Source: Tubiluchus corallicola (taxonomy: Eukaryota; Animalia; Priapulida). Taken from it: a DNA stretch of 64,000 nucleotides. The notes below the pieces were generated by a model that was not told the DNA's origin, searched no databases, and was given only the letters and a program-made list of their open reading frames with translations. Location of the stretch: contig JAQGDQ010000062.1 of assembly GCA_030141605.1 (NCBI GenBank), positions 186,001-250,000 on the forward strand. The letters are read 5' to 3'. A program made the translations under genes and the position numbers. This document shows, piece after piece, positions 27,523 through 58,279 of this stretch (its first letter is position 1; each line of letters starts with the position of its first letter).

Positions 27523-27976
27523 GTGATGTGCTCATGTCTACCTTACCCCCAGTGATGTGCTCATGTCTACCTTACCCCCAGTGATGTGCTCATGTCTACC
27601 TTACCCCCAGTGATGTGCTCATGTCTACCTTACGCCCAGTGATGTGCTCATGTCTACCTTACCCCCAGTGATGTGCTCATGTCTACCTTACCCCCAGTGA
27701 TGTGCTCATGTCTACCTTACGCCCAGTGATGTGCTCATGTCTACCTTACCCCCAGTGATGTGCTCATGTCTACCTTACCCCCAGTGATGTGCTCATGTCT
27801 ACCTTACCCCCAGTGATGTGCTCATGTCTACCTTACGCCCAGTGATGTGCTCATGTCTACCTTACCCCCAGTGATGTGCTCATGTCTACCTTACCCCCAG
27901 TGATGTGCTCATGTCTACCTTACCCCCAGTGATGTGCTCATGTCTACCTTACCCCCAGTGATGTGCTCATGTCTAC
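27523..27976. repeat. 29-bp minisatellite, ~15.6 copies (gtgatgtgctcatgtctaccttaccccca)
   Basis: Head-to-tail near-identical units with no spacers; a C>G variant occurs in units 4, 7 and 11. Confidence 0.97.
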
Positions 27977-28679
27977 TGTTGTTGCAAACACAAGACGAGC
28001 TGCGGAGCTTTAATCTCGTTGGAATTTAGAATACATTAATGTGATAATTCATAGAAACTGTCAGAACACTGAACTAACTAAAGCAAGGTTTGCAGCAATC
28101 ACTAGGCATTATGTTACAGATTCTTCTGTAGAGCGTTTGTTAATTTTCCTAGCATTATGTAATTAATAATTTGTTCTTCCAGAAATTATGCGATTACTGA
28201 TATTTACATTTTTCTAACTATGTCGTACACCTGATTTTTAGCTTGAAAATAGTAGACACTTCGTATTAATCTTTACAGTGTCAAACTGTCAAACTCGAGT
28301 TTAATTTAACACCCTGAGGCGCGCATGCACTGAAAATAAAAAATGCTACATTTGTACCACTCATGCAACGGTAAAGCCTACTGTAAAACATGATAGCATG
28401 AGTTGCCTATACCTGTGAACTGCTATATACGTTTTAGTTTATTATTAGTTGGTGTTACCGTTAAAGGGTAAGAACGTGTTATTGGTCCTGAGTCCTGAGC
28501 TGTCAATAAGTACTTAGTAGCTTGCCTACACGATCACTAGTGTTGTGGTGACCGCATTGATCTTTCGTATATAACAAGTAATGTAACGTTTTTATGTTGT
28601 CTCTGCTGTATACCTTACAGGTCGTTCAGAAAGTTTAGTGACCGCTGCATGTGACGTACAATAAGTAAACGGTGTAGTG

Positions 28680-48067
<19,388 letters not shown>

Positions 48068-48100
48068 ATCGATCTGATGGGATGGTACGAAAGCGTATTA

Positions 48101-48255
48101 GAGCCATGATATCCGATTGTAAAAAATCTGGTTATAACCAGACATTTTTACAATCGGATGGCAAAAAATGGTTATAACCAGATTTTTTATAATCGGACGG
48201 AAAACGAAAAAATTTAGTTATAAACAGATTTTTTTATAATCGGATATTATGGCCT
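48101..48255. mobile_element. Palindromic MITE immediately 3' of the TTLL4-like stop codon
   Basis: gccatgatatccgattgtaaaaaatctggttataac / gttataaacagatttttttataatcggatattatggc inverted arms with TTA/TAA flanks. Confidence 0.8.
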
Positions 48256-49195
48256 TAATACACTTTCTTAGGGAAAGCTGTTGCTCATTTTTTTGCTTTG
48301 TGGTAAATTACAAGGAACTTGGACGATGATGGCATGCGTTTGATCAATGCTTGCATAGATTATAACTGTAAGAAAACTGTAAATAAATTACGTTAAATTG
48401 CTAAGTTGACTTTATACAAGTATAACTGTTGATAGTTGTAATTTATTTATAACAAATGTGTGATGCCTGATACACGATACCTTCTGTTGATTATTGTTAT
48501 TACTAAATTAAAGACTTGCACGTTATCATTGTCTAAGAAAGCATACACAGTAGAATTTGAATGCAGTTACAAGCAGAAGGGTGTTCCACAGAATACACCA
48601 CTGATTTAAGCCAAAACTGATTGCAACTGAGAAAAAACTCCATCGAACACATCTATTTATACAGTATACAATATGGCTCCGCTGGTCAATCACTATTGTG
48701 TGTGAGCTGAGCTGGTCTAATTTTTAGTCATTTTGGACTCAGCTTATTTAATAGACAATTTTGATCTTAATGCGTTTAGGCTATACATTGGTGAAAAATT
48801 TATAATAATGCTAGTGTGTAGGACAAGCTAGTGTGTAGCCCTGGCCGATTGTCATGTCGAGCGGGCAACTCAATTGAGCAACTACAGACAGTCTGTCACT
48901 ACGGAAGCCATGTTGTGTCTTACGAGTAACGGAAATATTAACACTGAATTTGGACATCATCTAATTTGCGTCCATTGTGGAAGTTACTGTCACGAATTGC
49001 GCCAAAATATGAGCAATGATAAATACGAGGTGTTAAATGAATTCAATGGGTATCTAGGAATGGTATGTGATGGCTATATTGTTTAAGAAAAAGGAAGTTT
49101 AATCGAATCTTTGTAGAGTAGAGCAGAAACTTTACAAGCTAAAAGCAAGATAAGAAAAAGTGCTCAAAGCGTGCAGAGGTCTCGTTTTACTGACC

Positions 49196-49425
49196 ACCGG
49201 TGGCGTAGTTCTGTGGAAGCATGCTCGTTTCCCACCGGGAGATCGTGGGTACAATTCTGGACCGAGTCATGCCAAAGACTTGAAAATGGTATCGCTGGTT
49301 CTTCGACCAAGCACGCGGGTCTATCGAAGTAACATGCTGGTAATAATAATCGGGACCACTTTGGAAATAAGTATTATTGAGTTACATACCTGGACCTATG
49401 TCCTCAACGAAATTATTATTATTAA
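49196..49425 (+). mobile_element. tRNA-derived SINE
   Basis: A-box-like ggtggcgtagtt..gg, B-box-like gggtacaattc, body ccgagtcatgccaaagacttgaaaatggta, and an (ATT)n tail at about 49412-49424. Confidence 0.65.
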
Positions 49426-49577
49426 CGTAATGTTATTATTAGTATTATTATATCATGAAAAGTGTGCTAACTGTGGCAAAGGCCATAGCAGTCCCCACCA
49501 AGAGTGTGACGTGTATCTTGAAACTATACAAAAAGTTTTTCTGCGCAAGTATACTGGCAGTGACACTGCGCCTTTAA

Positions 49578-50890
49578 CAGGGCCGGATTATGGTGCATTG
49601 GTGCCCTAAGCATACCCTGGACTTAGTGCCTCTGCTGTCTCCCGTGCAAGTTCCATGGCATATGTATTATGTGATGAAGTTATGTGACATTATATATAAA
49701 TCAAACTCCATTACTTTATATAGGATTTATACCACTAAAATTCTTTATTGTCTTCAAAATGAAATTTTAATTAAATAAAACAGCCATAATCATATCACAC
49801 ACTCCATAATCTAAAATATCTCCATATTTATGTACCTTTACTCAACACTGGCAACTTGTTTTCCTATAAATAGCAAGTAGTACTAGATGTAATTGTGATG
49901 TGCATGATGCATTGAGCGGTGATGAATCAAGGATGTAATTGTGATATGCTGTCACTTCTGTGAAATCTTGAATAAAAACTCTTTAGAACTTGTAAAGTTG
50001 TAAGTCTGTAGCATACGTGACCTAGAATGGTGTTAAAGTGGAACTTAAAATGATCCCACTGCATGCATGAGCCGTTCCTGTTCTGGGACCTTAATTTTAG
50101 GCTGTTACAGATGTTGCGGTTAAAGTGTTGCCAACTTGCTATGTCAGTAGGTGAAAACGTGGTGACAAAAAATGAAGTTTGATGCAGACTATATATATAT
50201 ATATATGTCGAGCTGTCTAGCTTTTTCCTTTTCGTTTTACTAGGTCAGAATTATACTTTTTCAGACACACTCAAAGCTAAGATAGTAATTGAAATTCATA
50301 AAGATGGCTTAAGTGATCTTAATATTAACAAAATAATCGAAAATTTAATATAAGAGCAACGTTAGTTTCATGTGTCTCATACCGCCATACTGCTTTTAAA
50401 TAAGTCTAAGATTACGCGACTCACTATTTTAGGACTATTCGCTAATTCCACACTTAGTATTAAATTTTTCTTCACTTATGAAAGCCATTATGATAATAAT
50501 TACATTTTGACGCTGAAGTCAGACGATGACTCGTTCCGTCGGCAGTTAAGTACCTACAATATACGTCATCTACTGTAAGCTGCAGCTTACGTCTTGATCA
50601 GTTGATTCACTCTTGTTTATTATGCCGCCGAACCGGTTGCAGAGAAACTTACATCTATATTGCGCACAGCGATATCTTTGCCAAAAACTTCAATTATTAC
50701 TTAAAGGGCACAACGTTTTTACACTTAAATCATTAATGCAGAACTTTTTGGTCGACATAAGTCATTAAAAGCTACCACTAAACGTTCTAAAGCTTATAAT
50801 CCGGAGAAAATATTTACTTGGTGTGCTGTAACTGCTACTATGAAAAGGAGGGCCCAAGGCCCTTGGGCCCACCCCCTAAATCCGCCCCTG
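49578..50890. mobile_element. Possible hAT-like element ends
   Basis: cagggccggattat and taaatccgcccctg are TIR-like, but no matching TSD was found, so the two ends may belong to different insertions. Confidence 0.45.
50210..50516 (+). repeat. ~305-bp dispersed direct repeat, copy 1
   Basis: gagctgtctagctttt...acattttgacgctga, near-identical to 56842-57148. Confidence 0.92.
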
Positions 50891-52581
50891 AGTACTATAA
50901 TAAAAATAAATGTAGTTACGTGCAAGCACAAACAGTCATTAGGGTCAAATGACTGTTGTAGTTAAGAAAGACGTTCTGGGTTCAGTTAATCTTTGACCTA
51001 CGGCAACTGTGAGTGCGCAAAGTGAAACTGTGAAAAGGCTTATTGAAAGATCCTAAATTTCTATCGAAAAAATTTAAACTCTGTGGAAACAGTAATGGGA
51101 ACTAACTACACAGAACTTTCAACGAAAAAATGGAAACTAATGCAAAAACCTTCACTTAAAAGTAATTAACTATATTAACCTAAAAATGGCATTATTATTT
51201 AACCTCTTATTGCGCATGCAATCATCGAAAATATCTATTTACCTTACTGATCATAAATACATATGCTGCCACAGCTAAATACTAGTATAGCTAGCATAGT
51301 TTATGTACTCGGACATTAATGTGTCAGTACAAAATCACAATATTCGTCGCATGTCTTAACTTTGAGGTCGAAAGTAGAAAATTTAACCACGCCGACTGTG
51401 CGTCTGTACTAAGTCACAATATTCGTAAATATTTATCACACGTCTTAATTTTGCATTCAGTTAACAGTAAAAAATTTAATTGCGCCGACTGTGAGCAGCA
51501 ACATTCAGCTGGCAATAATAAAAAAGAAATTTAACAATGATAGTAATACTTTGTAATAGTATACTATTCATTGCAGGCGTTTGTCACTATCTTCGTCTTA
51601 TCATGGTCCTCAAACTATAGTAATTATGAAAATTAGTGTCAGCATCGATAATTATTAGTGACAGCATCATAGTACACGAGTACTGTACTTAGCAGTTTTA
51701 CTTGCTCATCCGTTTCCTGATCTTTTCTGTATTATCTAGAATACCTCATATTAATGTAAATTATTTAGGGCTTTAGCATTGGTAAACAGATGGGTCATAC
51801 TACTGTTTATTGTTTGTTTACCATTTTACCTAACTTAGGTTTACAGATATAAAATATTCTGGCGTCTAACATTCTCAACTTTACTATTTGTGAACGTTCT
51901 ACAAATAAAATCTTGCCTATGATCTTTTTTTCTGGAATTTCGGTGTTATCCTCGGGGTAATGCTCCGAGTCGGACATGGTCCTAGATGTTGTTGGATCTT
52001 GTTCCGGTGTTAATGTGACAGTCTGCTTTGTTACCGGTGTTACTCTATCAAGATGTCTTCTTACACTTTGTGTTTTAACTAAATCGCGTACCGCATAGTC
52101 TGCCGCTGCCCATGGGAATTCTCAGCTTCTACATTGTATTTTCCTTACGTGCAGTTTAGACTGCGAGGTACTTTAACCAGAGCTACTGCTTTAACATATG
52201 GTATTTGACTGGGTATTAAACTTTTGTCGGTGGTATCAAGGGAAATTTATGCACTAATGCGCAAAATTATTTTCGACGAACATCATATTCATACTGATAG
52301 TTTTTCCATTGATCATAACTATAAACCACATCAAAACGCAGAGGTGACTATATATAAGTTGGCAATTTGGCGTTATAGTTTGAAATAATGTTCTGCAGTC
52401 ATGCTTGGGGGCTTACAAGGGGATACTAAATTGAAATCAATGCAGACGTTGGCTCCGCTACAAAATTATTGACTGAATTTATTCCATAGTATTACCTTTT
52501 AGGCTTAGTTTATACCAGCACGTTTCCATGAAATTTTAACAAAAGACTGAGCTGCAGTATAATAAAAAACGCAGTCCTCTG

Positions 52582-54267
52582 TTACGTTTTATCCAAAAAT
52601 GGCGAATTTTGAGCATCCGAGTAGTCATTTGGGTCAATACCATAAGCTTGACGAATCATCCACTTTTTTGTAGCAAGACAATGCATATTTCTTGGGCTAA
52701 AATGTGCACTCCAATCCTCGTTCAGTTGTCTGTTGCACATTATTGATATGTACACGTCAGCCGGTAGTATTTTCTCTAGGGGCTTTCCGTTTATTAATTT
52801 TTCTGCTCCTTGGAGAGTAAGTGCGTACGACCTGCATTGGAAAACGTTTATGTAGCCCGGAATCAACAACAGCTCAGTACCATTGATGGGAATTGGTCCT
52901 TTGCCATGGTCTCCTGTTGCAAAATTTATGTAATCCCAGTCAATCTTGGTTGCGTCATCCATTACTGCTTTCAGTTTTTGTCGAAAGTTGCTGCAGAAAA
53001 CCAGTTCGTCTTCTAGTATAAGACACTTTTTATATTTATTTTTCGTGATTTTACTCCATATGTCATAGTGAGTCAAAACATTTCCAAACTCACCCGTTTT
53101 CATTGGTGGAAACACTTCTAGCTGTTTAACTCCAAGTTCAGTTAATACTCTTTTATTTAACTCACGTCCATCTCGTGCTTCAACAACTTCTACTTCTATC
53201 CCGAGTTCATTAAAAATGTTCATCATGCGTTGCTTTCTGTCAGGACGCCGTTTCAGATTAATCAAAAATACTCTATCAAAACCAAGCAAGTCTTTTTCTT
53301 TTCTGAGTGCAGACACGTATTCTGATATCAAAATTTTTTTGCCGAAGCGTTTTCGCGCCGCTATTAAACCTATTGAGGAAGAGGAAAAACTCAACAATGC
53401 ACCTATTTTTAAGTTCGTGAGTTCCTGATTTTCCTCCATTAGCGTCTGAGACTCGTGGAGTGGTACGGTGAGAACACCGAAGTGTTCTTGATTGCAAACA
53501 AACAGCTGTATTCCAGCAAGATGAGCAGAATGTGCAAGAACAAGAAAATCATCAAGAGGTCCTTTGTAGTCGTCAATTTTCTTCGCATTAAATGTCAAAG
53601 TTAATGAAGCTGTTTCTTGAAGGTTTATAAGAAACGTAGAGTGAACAACAGGAACTGGAAAACATCCCAAACTCTTTCCCGTCCGGATTCTCATGTAACC
53701 GTTGTCTCTTTTGTAGTAACCATCTATTCGTTGGCCACACCAAAAGTTTGAATACGTTGACTGAGACTCCATCATGGGGGCAACAATTGTTTTATTAGCT
53801 TTTATAAGTATTTGCAGTGTGAAATTGTTTTCAATGAAGTTATCACAGTCGACAAAAAAGATATAATCTGCTTTCATTTTCCTTGCCGTCATTAACGCTT
53901 CCTCGCGAAGTTCTGCAACGTGTGTTAACCTAGAGTCTGGCCATGCGAAGGGCGTTGCTTCATCAGGAAAAGACCTAGGATCGCTGTAAGAGTGAAAATT
54001 TGTGGAATAATACTGGACGCCTGCGTTATCTACCCACTCTTTTAAAATCAATGAAGTGTTATCTACATTATGATCAGTTCTAATCCACAGAGCAATTCTG
54101 TTCTTGGGATACTCCAACTGGTCGATGTAGCCCAAGTAATGAGGTAAAAAATGCGCCTTGTTTCTTGCAATAATTGGCACCATTACTAATGGAAATGTGT
54201 CTGCTACTGTTTCACCCATTGCACAAACAGAAAGTGCCGCCACGTACAGGACTGTTGTTGCTTGCAT
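52582..54267 (-). CDS. COLGALT1: Procollagen galactosyltransferase (COLGALT/GLT25D, GT25)-like; intronless CDS, 561 aa, signal peptide
   Basis: Signal peptide; IIARNKAHFLPHYLG; LEYPKNRIALWIRTDHNVDNT; DYIFFVDCDN; IVAPM; YSNFWCG; GYYKR; GCFPVPVVHSTFLINL; DD..VLA; LGFDRVFLINLKRRPDR; KTGE; LILED; SYAL...GAEKL. Confidence 0.93.
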   Translation of the reverse strand: MQATTVLYVAALSVCAMGETVADTFPLVMVPIIARNKAHFLPHYLGYIDQLEYPKNRIALWIRTDHNVDNTSLILKEWVDNAGVQYYSTNFHSYSDPRSFPDEATPFAWPDSRLTHVAELREEALMTARKMKADYIFFVDCDNFIENNFTLQILIKANKTIVAPMMESQSTYSNFWCGQRIDGYYKRDNGYMRIRTGKSLGCFPVPVVHSTFLINLQETASLTLTFNAKKIDDYKGPLDDFLVLAHSAHLAGIQLFVCNQEHFGVLTVPLHESQTLMEENQELTNLKIGALLSFSSSSIGLIAARKRFGKKILISEYVSALRKEKDLLGFDRVFLINLKRRPDRKQRMMNIFNELGIEVEVVEARDGRELNKRVLTELGVKQLEVFPPMKTGEFGNVLTHYDIWSKITKNKYKKCLILEDELVFCSNFRQKLKAVMDDATKIDWDYINFATGDHGKGPIPINGTELLLIPGYINVFQCRSYALTLQGAEKLINGKPLEKILPADVYISIMCNRQLNEDWSAHFSPRNMHCLATKKWMIRQAYGIDPNDYSDAQNSPFLDKT

Positions 54268-56841
54268 TGTTTTAGATTTTTTCGGCTTGCTTCGTTCAAC
54301 TTAACCAACTCATACTGCAAATCAAAGAATTAATCTTAGGGCGTCTTTTAAATGTTATTATATCATTAATTTTGTGCAGTTCTTTATTGGTGCTTTCCTA
54401 AAACACAGCGTCCTTGTGTCAAAGTGTGTATAGATTGAGTTGTAAGCATAGACATCGCAGAAAAGATTTGCGTTTAGAATTTCCACTTCGGTACTGCAAA
54501 TTATGATTACCAAAAAAACAAGTACAAATTACAAAAATCGACTACAGTCAAATTATTTTTATATAACGCCTTAAAAGGAAAGAACTAGTAAAACATGCCC
54601 GCGTAAGCTTATTATATAGTGATAAGTAATAGGAGCACAAAGATAATGTCTTTTCATTAATCTCTAGCTATTTACTCGACATGTCCAATATTTTCGACGT
54701 CTATATCTGTGTTGTGAATCGACGCACAAATCCGAATTCCACATGCCAATTGCGAAATTGAAAGTTGCATGTCTACGAGTGCATGCCCGATTTTGGTCAT
54801 GAATTTTGCACCATTGCACCATAGTATAGTATGTTCTATAGTTTATACATGTACTTGATAATAACATATCTATAGTAACGCACATTTCAGTAATTTGCAA
54901 AACAAATTTTAATGCACGTACATCATGTACCTGTAGAACATTTAATACGCATTCATTTGACAAACACGTACATCAAATAACTTTAAAAATCAAAAGCCAT
55001 CATTGCTATATACAGGTTATTTCACAGTGACAATTATTTTCTATAGTATTTTTGCAAAATAAGTATTCAAAATTTTTTATTGGCCAAAGCGTTTCGATCA
55101 TCCTCAGGAGTACAACCAAAAAAGAAACAACAGTTAGGGATTTTTTAAATTGTAAGAATCAACTTATGCCATTTTCAATCTGATGTCATCTGCCTAATGA
55201 CGAACAAAACTATTGAAATTGTCAGTTGCGCAACTAAAAGTTACGCAACTCAAAATTGCACATCTGCGCAGAGTGTTAACACTTGCGTACCCAACAATTA
55301 CTAAAATTAGTAAAGTTATTTGTCAAACACAAAGCATACAATATTCGTCTGTAAATTGAGGCGTATGTAGTTATATAAATAAATTCAGAATTATAGCATT
55401 ACAACACAAAAATCCGCACCTATACTAAACTTCCTATACTACAATGAGCTATATATAATATGTTATAGCATATAAATAATTCGCCTATGTAGTATATATA
55501 CCTAGAAACGTATAAAGTATTTATTATTAAGTACTGGCAAACCTGTATATGCAACACTAGCCGTCATCTAACACATTACGTGCATTTACGCTACTTATAT
55601 TTACAAAATTACTTCCAATCCAGTACATGTGTAGTAGCACGTACAAACTTGGGCAATATAATAATCAGCTTTGAACAGCTTATCTTTATGGCAGATTAAC
55701 GTTTACGTCTCTCCAGAAATTTCTTTATTTCTCGGGGTCGTTGTACTAATAGTTTTCTCGCAACACATAGAGCCGAAGTAAGATTTTGTTGCCGCAGGTC
55801 TTGGGTTTAAATATTTTCACAGAGGAAAGGTTTAAACGGAGAGTAAACTTAAAAAACTTTATGATGCCAACCGCAATTAAAATTCAAACGGTTATTTTGC
55901 ATTTTGTATCAAACGGTTGTGAAAACAAATTGCAGTGTAGGCCTGCACTGTGCCTAGTTCTAAGGTTAAGTTAGCGACTTGGTTTATTACGTTATAATTC
56001 AAATTGTGGCAATTATATGGAAGCTCCCCCAGCAGGGTCCGGGCCACCAAAGCATTTTACTGTATTTTAGACCATTTTTCTTGCTATTTCCTCAACCAAA
56101 TTTAATAGTTTAAAACTCATTATGTCACCTCAAACTTTTGACTCTTAATTACATACCAATATACTAGTATATAGTGTGTTTGACGTACACAACTTTCACG
56201 TGTTTTGAAAAGTAGAACCCTTGGCTATGTTATTTTTGCAGATATTAAATTTTAATAAAGGCACTGCTAGAATTTATTCTAGTACTGCTAAAATGTGAGA
56301 GTGTGGGAATTATGTAAATAATTAAGTATATGAATTGATTAGGCAGATCTGTGGAAATAGGATAAAAAAATTAGTACAATGCTAAAAATAGATATGAGAA
56401 TTTTTTGTGATAATTTTAATTTAAACGTGCTATATGCAACAACTGTATTTTCATAGGTAATTCACTGTTCGACTGTCTTAAATGTACACTATGTGACGTA
56501 ATGCACATTGTACTATCTGCACCTAAAGTTTTAATAAGATTAAAAATTGTATTAAACAGAATACATGTGACATTATAGATGTAAGCACTCAAAGATTAAA
56601 AATTGAGGGTTATGTCTCTCTAACATAAATCTTCGCCTCAAATCTATTTGTAACGCAACTTGTTAACCTATATGTGAGTTGAGTACAGCTGCTGTTAAAG
56701 TTACAGCAATTACTAAAAACCGCAATTAAGTGAGAGTAATTCGTCTGGGATTTCTGGCTGCATACATTTCTATAATTTCTACATTTCTAGAAACGCATAC
56801 TACCCACTCACACTAACAGCGGAGCTTGCTTACAAAGCTAA

Positions 56842-57148
56842 GAGCTGTCTAGCTTTTTAGTTTTCGTTTTACCAGGTCAGAATTATACTTTTTCAGACAC
56901 ATTCAAAGCTATAATAGTTACTGAAACTCATAAAGATGGCTTGAGTGATCTTAGTTTTAACAAAATAATCGCAAATTTAATATAAGAGCAACGCTAGTTT
57001 CGTGTGTCTCATACCGCAATACTGCTTTTAAATAAGTCTAAGATTACACAACTCACTATTTTCGGACTCTTCACTAATTCCACACTTAGTATTAAATTTT
57101 TCTTCACTTATGAAAGCCATTATGATAATAATTACATTTTGACGCTGA
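56842..57148 (+). repeat. ~305-bp dispersed direct repeat, copy 2
   Basis: Near-identical to 50210-50516. Confidence 0.92.
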
Positions 57149-57795
57149 TATAAGAATGTTCTACACTGTTATGTATTAATATATTAAACATGTATTAAAC
57201 AACACTTGTGATTAATTCATTAATACGTGCACAAATTAATTAGTTTATAAGGTAGCAACTTTGCAAGGTTAATTAATTAATAATATTTCATTAGTATGTC
57301 CATGTACACACATTGTAGCCTCTTCGCTCGCATGACATTTGTGTTTATTGTTAGGCACGATTGGAAACACTAAGAATCAAAAGCGTTCGTCTTGCCTTTC
57401 GTAAACAAACACCTCGAAAAGAAGTCTACTGGTTCTTGTCTCGACTGAAAAGCTATTTTTCAGTCCATTTTCCCCTCCTGGTCATAGAAGATAATATTTT
57501 TTCCTACGAGTAAAAGAAACCTGCTAACATTAATAACTTACTAATCGGCCTACCTGGACTAAGTGATAAGCAATTATATTTTATTAGTAAGATACACTTT
57601 ATTTTTGCCATACTTCTTGCTGCTAATTACTGTTTAAACGCTCGCAAACCTGTCTCTCAGTACGTCAAGTTTGTACATTTATTTTCGCAAATTTTATGCC
57701 AAAGGCTTTTTCCCAAGTCAGTGAACTACATAATGTCTTTGCTACTGGAATACAAGTTGGGTTTTCAGTATAGGATACTGTTGAGAAACAGCATT

Positions 57796-58203
57796 ATGTC
57801 ATTTGTGCAAACGATAATTATTCTTGTATATTGGATAACTTTATTTAGCCGAACTTCAACAGGTTGGTGTTCTTTTTTTATCCTTTTCGTGAAAAATATG
57901 TCGTGAATTTTGTTATTGTTTTCCTTCAAACTGCCATTTTGTCACAACGCTATTGCTTAAATCTCGTCATTGTCGTCGTCGTCGTCATCATCATCGTCAT
58001 CATAATCATCATCTCCATCGTCATCATCACCACCACTACCACCACCGACACCAACACCACAACCACAACCACAACCACAACCACCACCACCACCAGCACA
58101 CCACCACCACCACCATTGTTGTCGTTGTAATCACTCTTGTTAATAATAATAGTAGTAGTAGTAGCAGCAGCAGCAGCAGCAGTAGTAGCAGTTGTTGTCG
58201 TCG

Positions 58204-58279
<76 letters not shown>

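Noticed and set aside
27523-27976. CRISPR-like array of 29-bp repeats
   Set aside because: Units are contiguous with no unique spacers, there are no cas genes, and the context is eukaryotic; it is a minisatellite.
49196-49270. tRNA gene
   Set aside because: The A/B boxes are degenerate, no cloverleaf could be built, and the sequence continues into a SINE body and tail.
49160-49609. 149-aa ORF with a CANCGKGHSSPHQEC zinc-knuckle-like motif
   Set aside because: A chimera of a SINE, its AT-rich tail and a short retroelement gag-like scrap; not a coherent gene.
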